A DNA stretch of 64,000 nt. It comes from Trichosphaerium sp. ATCC 40318. Lineage: Eukaryota > Protista > Tubulinea. The stretch's first letter is position 1, and every line of letters begins with the position of its first letter. The notes under the pieces were generated by a model. It was not told the origin of the DNA. It ran no database searches and saw only the letters and a program-made list of their open reading frames with translations. Position numbers and translations under genes: made by a program. The stretch lies in assembly GCA_038496445.1 (NCBI GenBank), contig JALMLS010000418.1, positions 62,001-126,000 of the forward strand. The letters are read 5' to 3'. Below, in pieces: positions 63,887-64,000 of the stretch.

Positions 63887-64000
63887 ATACTGTAATAAGC
63901 AATGTACTATCGTAATTCTGAAAGTTCGTTTTTTGGCGCTACACTCCCTTTTTTGCCGTTGTTCTTTAATACTCACCTTGTACATGCGTTCATTATGTAA

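Overview
Gene-dense eukaryotic DNA, AT-rich (about 35% GC by eye), with many short spliceosomal introns of roughly 45-120 nt. It is not prokaryotic, and the ORF track mostly shows exon fragments. The gene content suggests a free-living protist, possibly amoebozoan (inference only). I spliced about 21 loci by hand: two tandem BTB-domain paralogs, a GH78 alpha-L-rhamnosidase with an inserted SUEL lectin domain, an intronless F-box/LRR protein, an M14 carboxypeptidase, a kinase pseudogene, a large unknown helical protein, Vps18, a KDM5 demethylase, a secreted Cys-rich protein, an F-box/MORN-repeat protein, CREG, an ankyrin-RGS protein, a DPB3/CHRAC-type histone-fold protein, a myosin VI-like motor, histone H3, a FAMeT-domain protein, an F-box/SPRY protein, a membrane-anchored SET protein, a CAMK-group kinase, a Sep15/SELENOF homolog, a repeat-plus-PD-(D/E)xK nuclease protein and a ubiquitin-like protein ending in CC. 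The best leads are: (1) two clear U12-type introns plus a candidate GT-GG U12 intron with the same branch-to-acceptor spacing; (2) at least four GC-AG introns; (3) a myosin with a myosin VI-like converter and reverse-gear segment but no insert 1; (4) a Sep15 homolog that has lost its CxU redox motif; (5) an intron-containing H3 with a divergent tail, a histone stem-loop and a poly(A) signal; (6) strong enrichment of the palindrome CACGTG. I found no rRNA, intact tRNA, CRISPR array or clear transposon. Gene boundaries are manual and unverified by transcripts, and family calls come from remembered motifs rather than searches.
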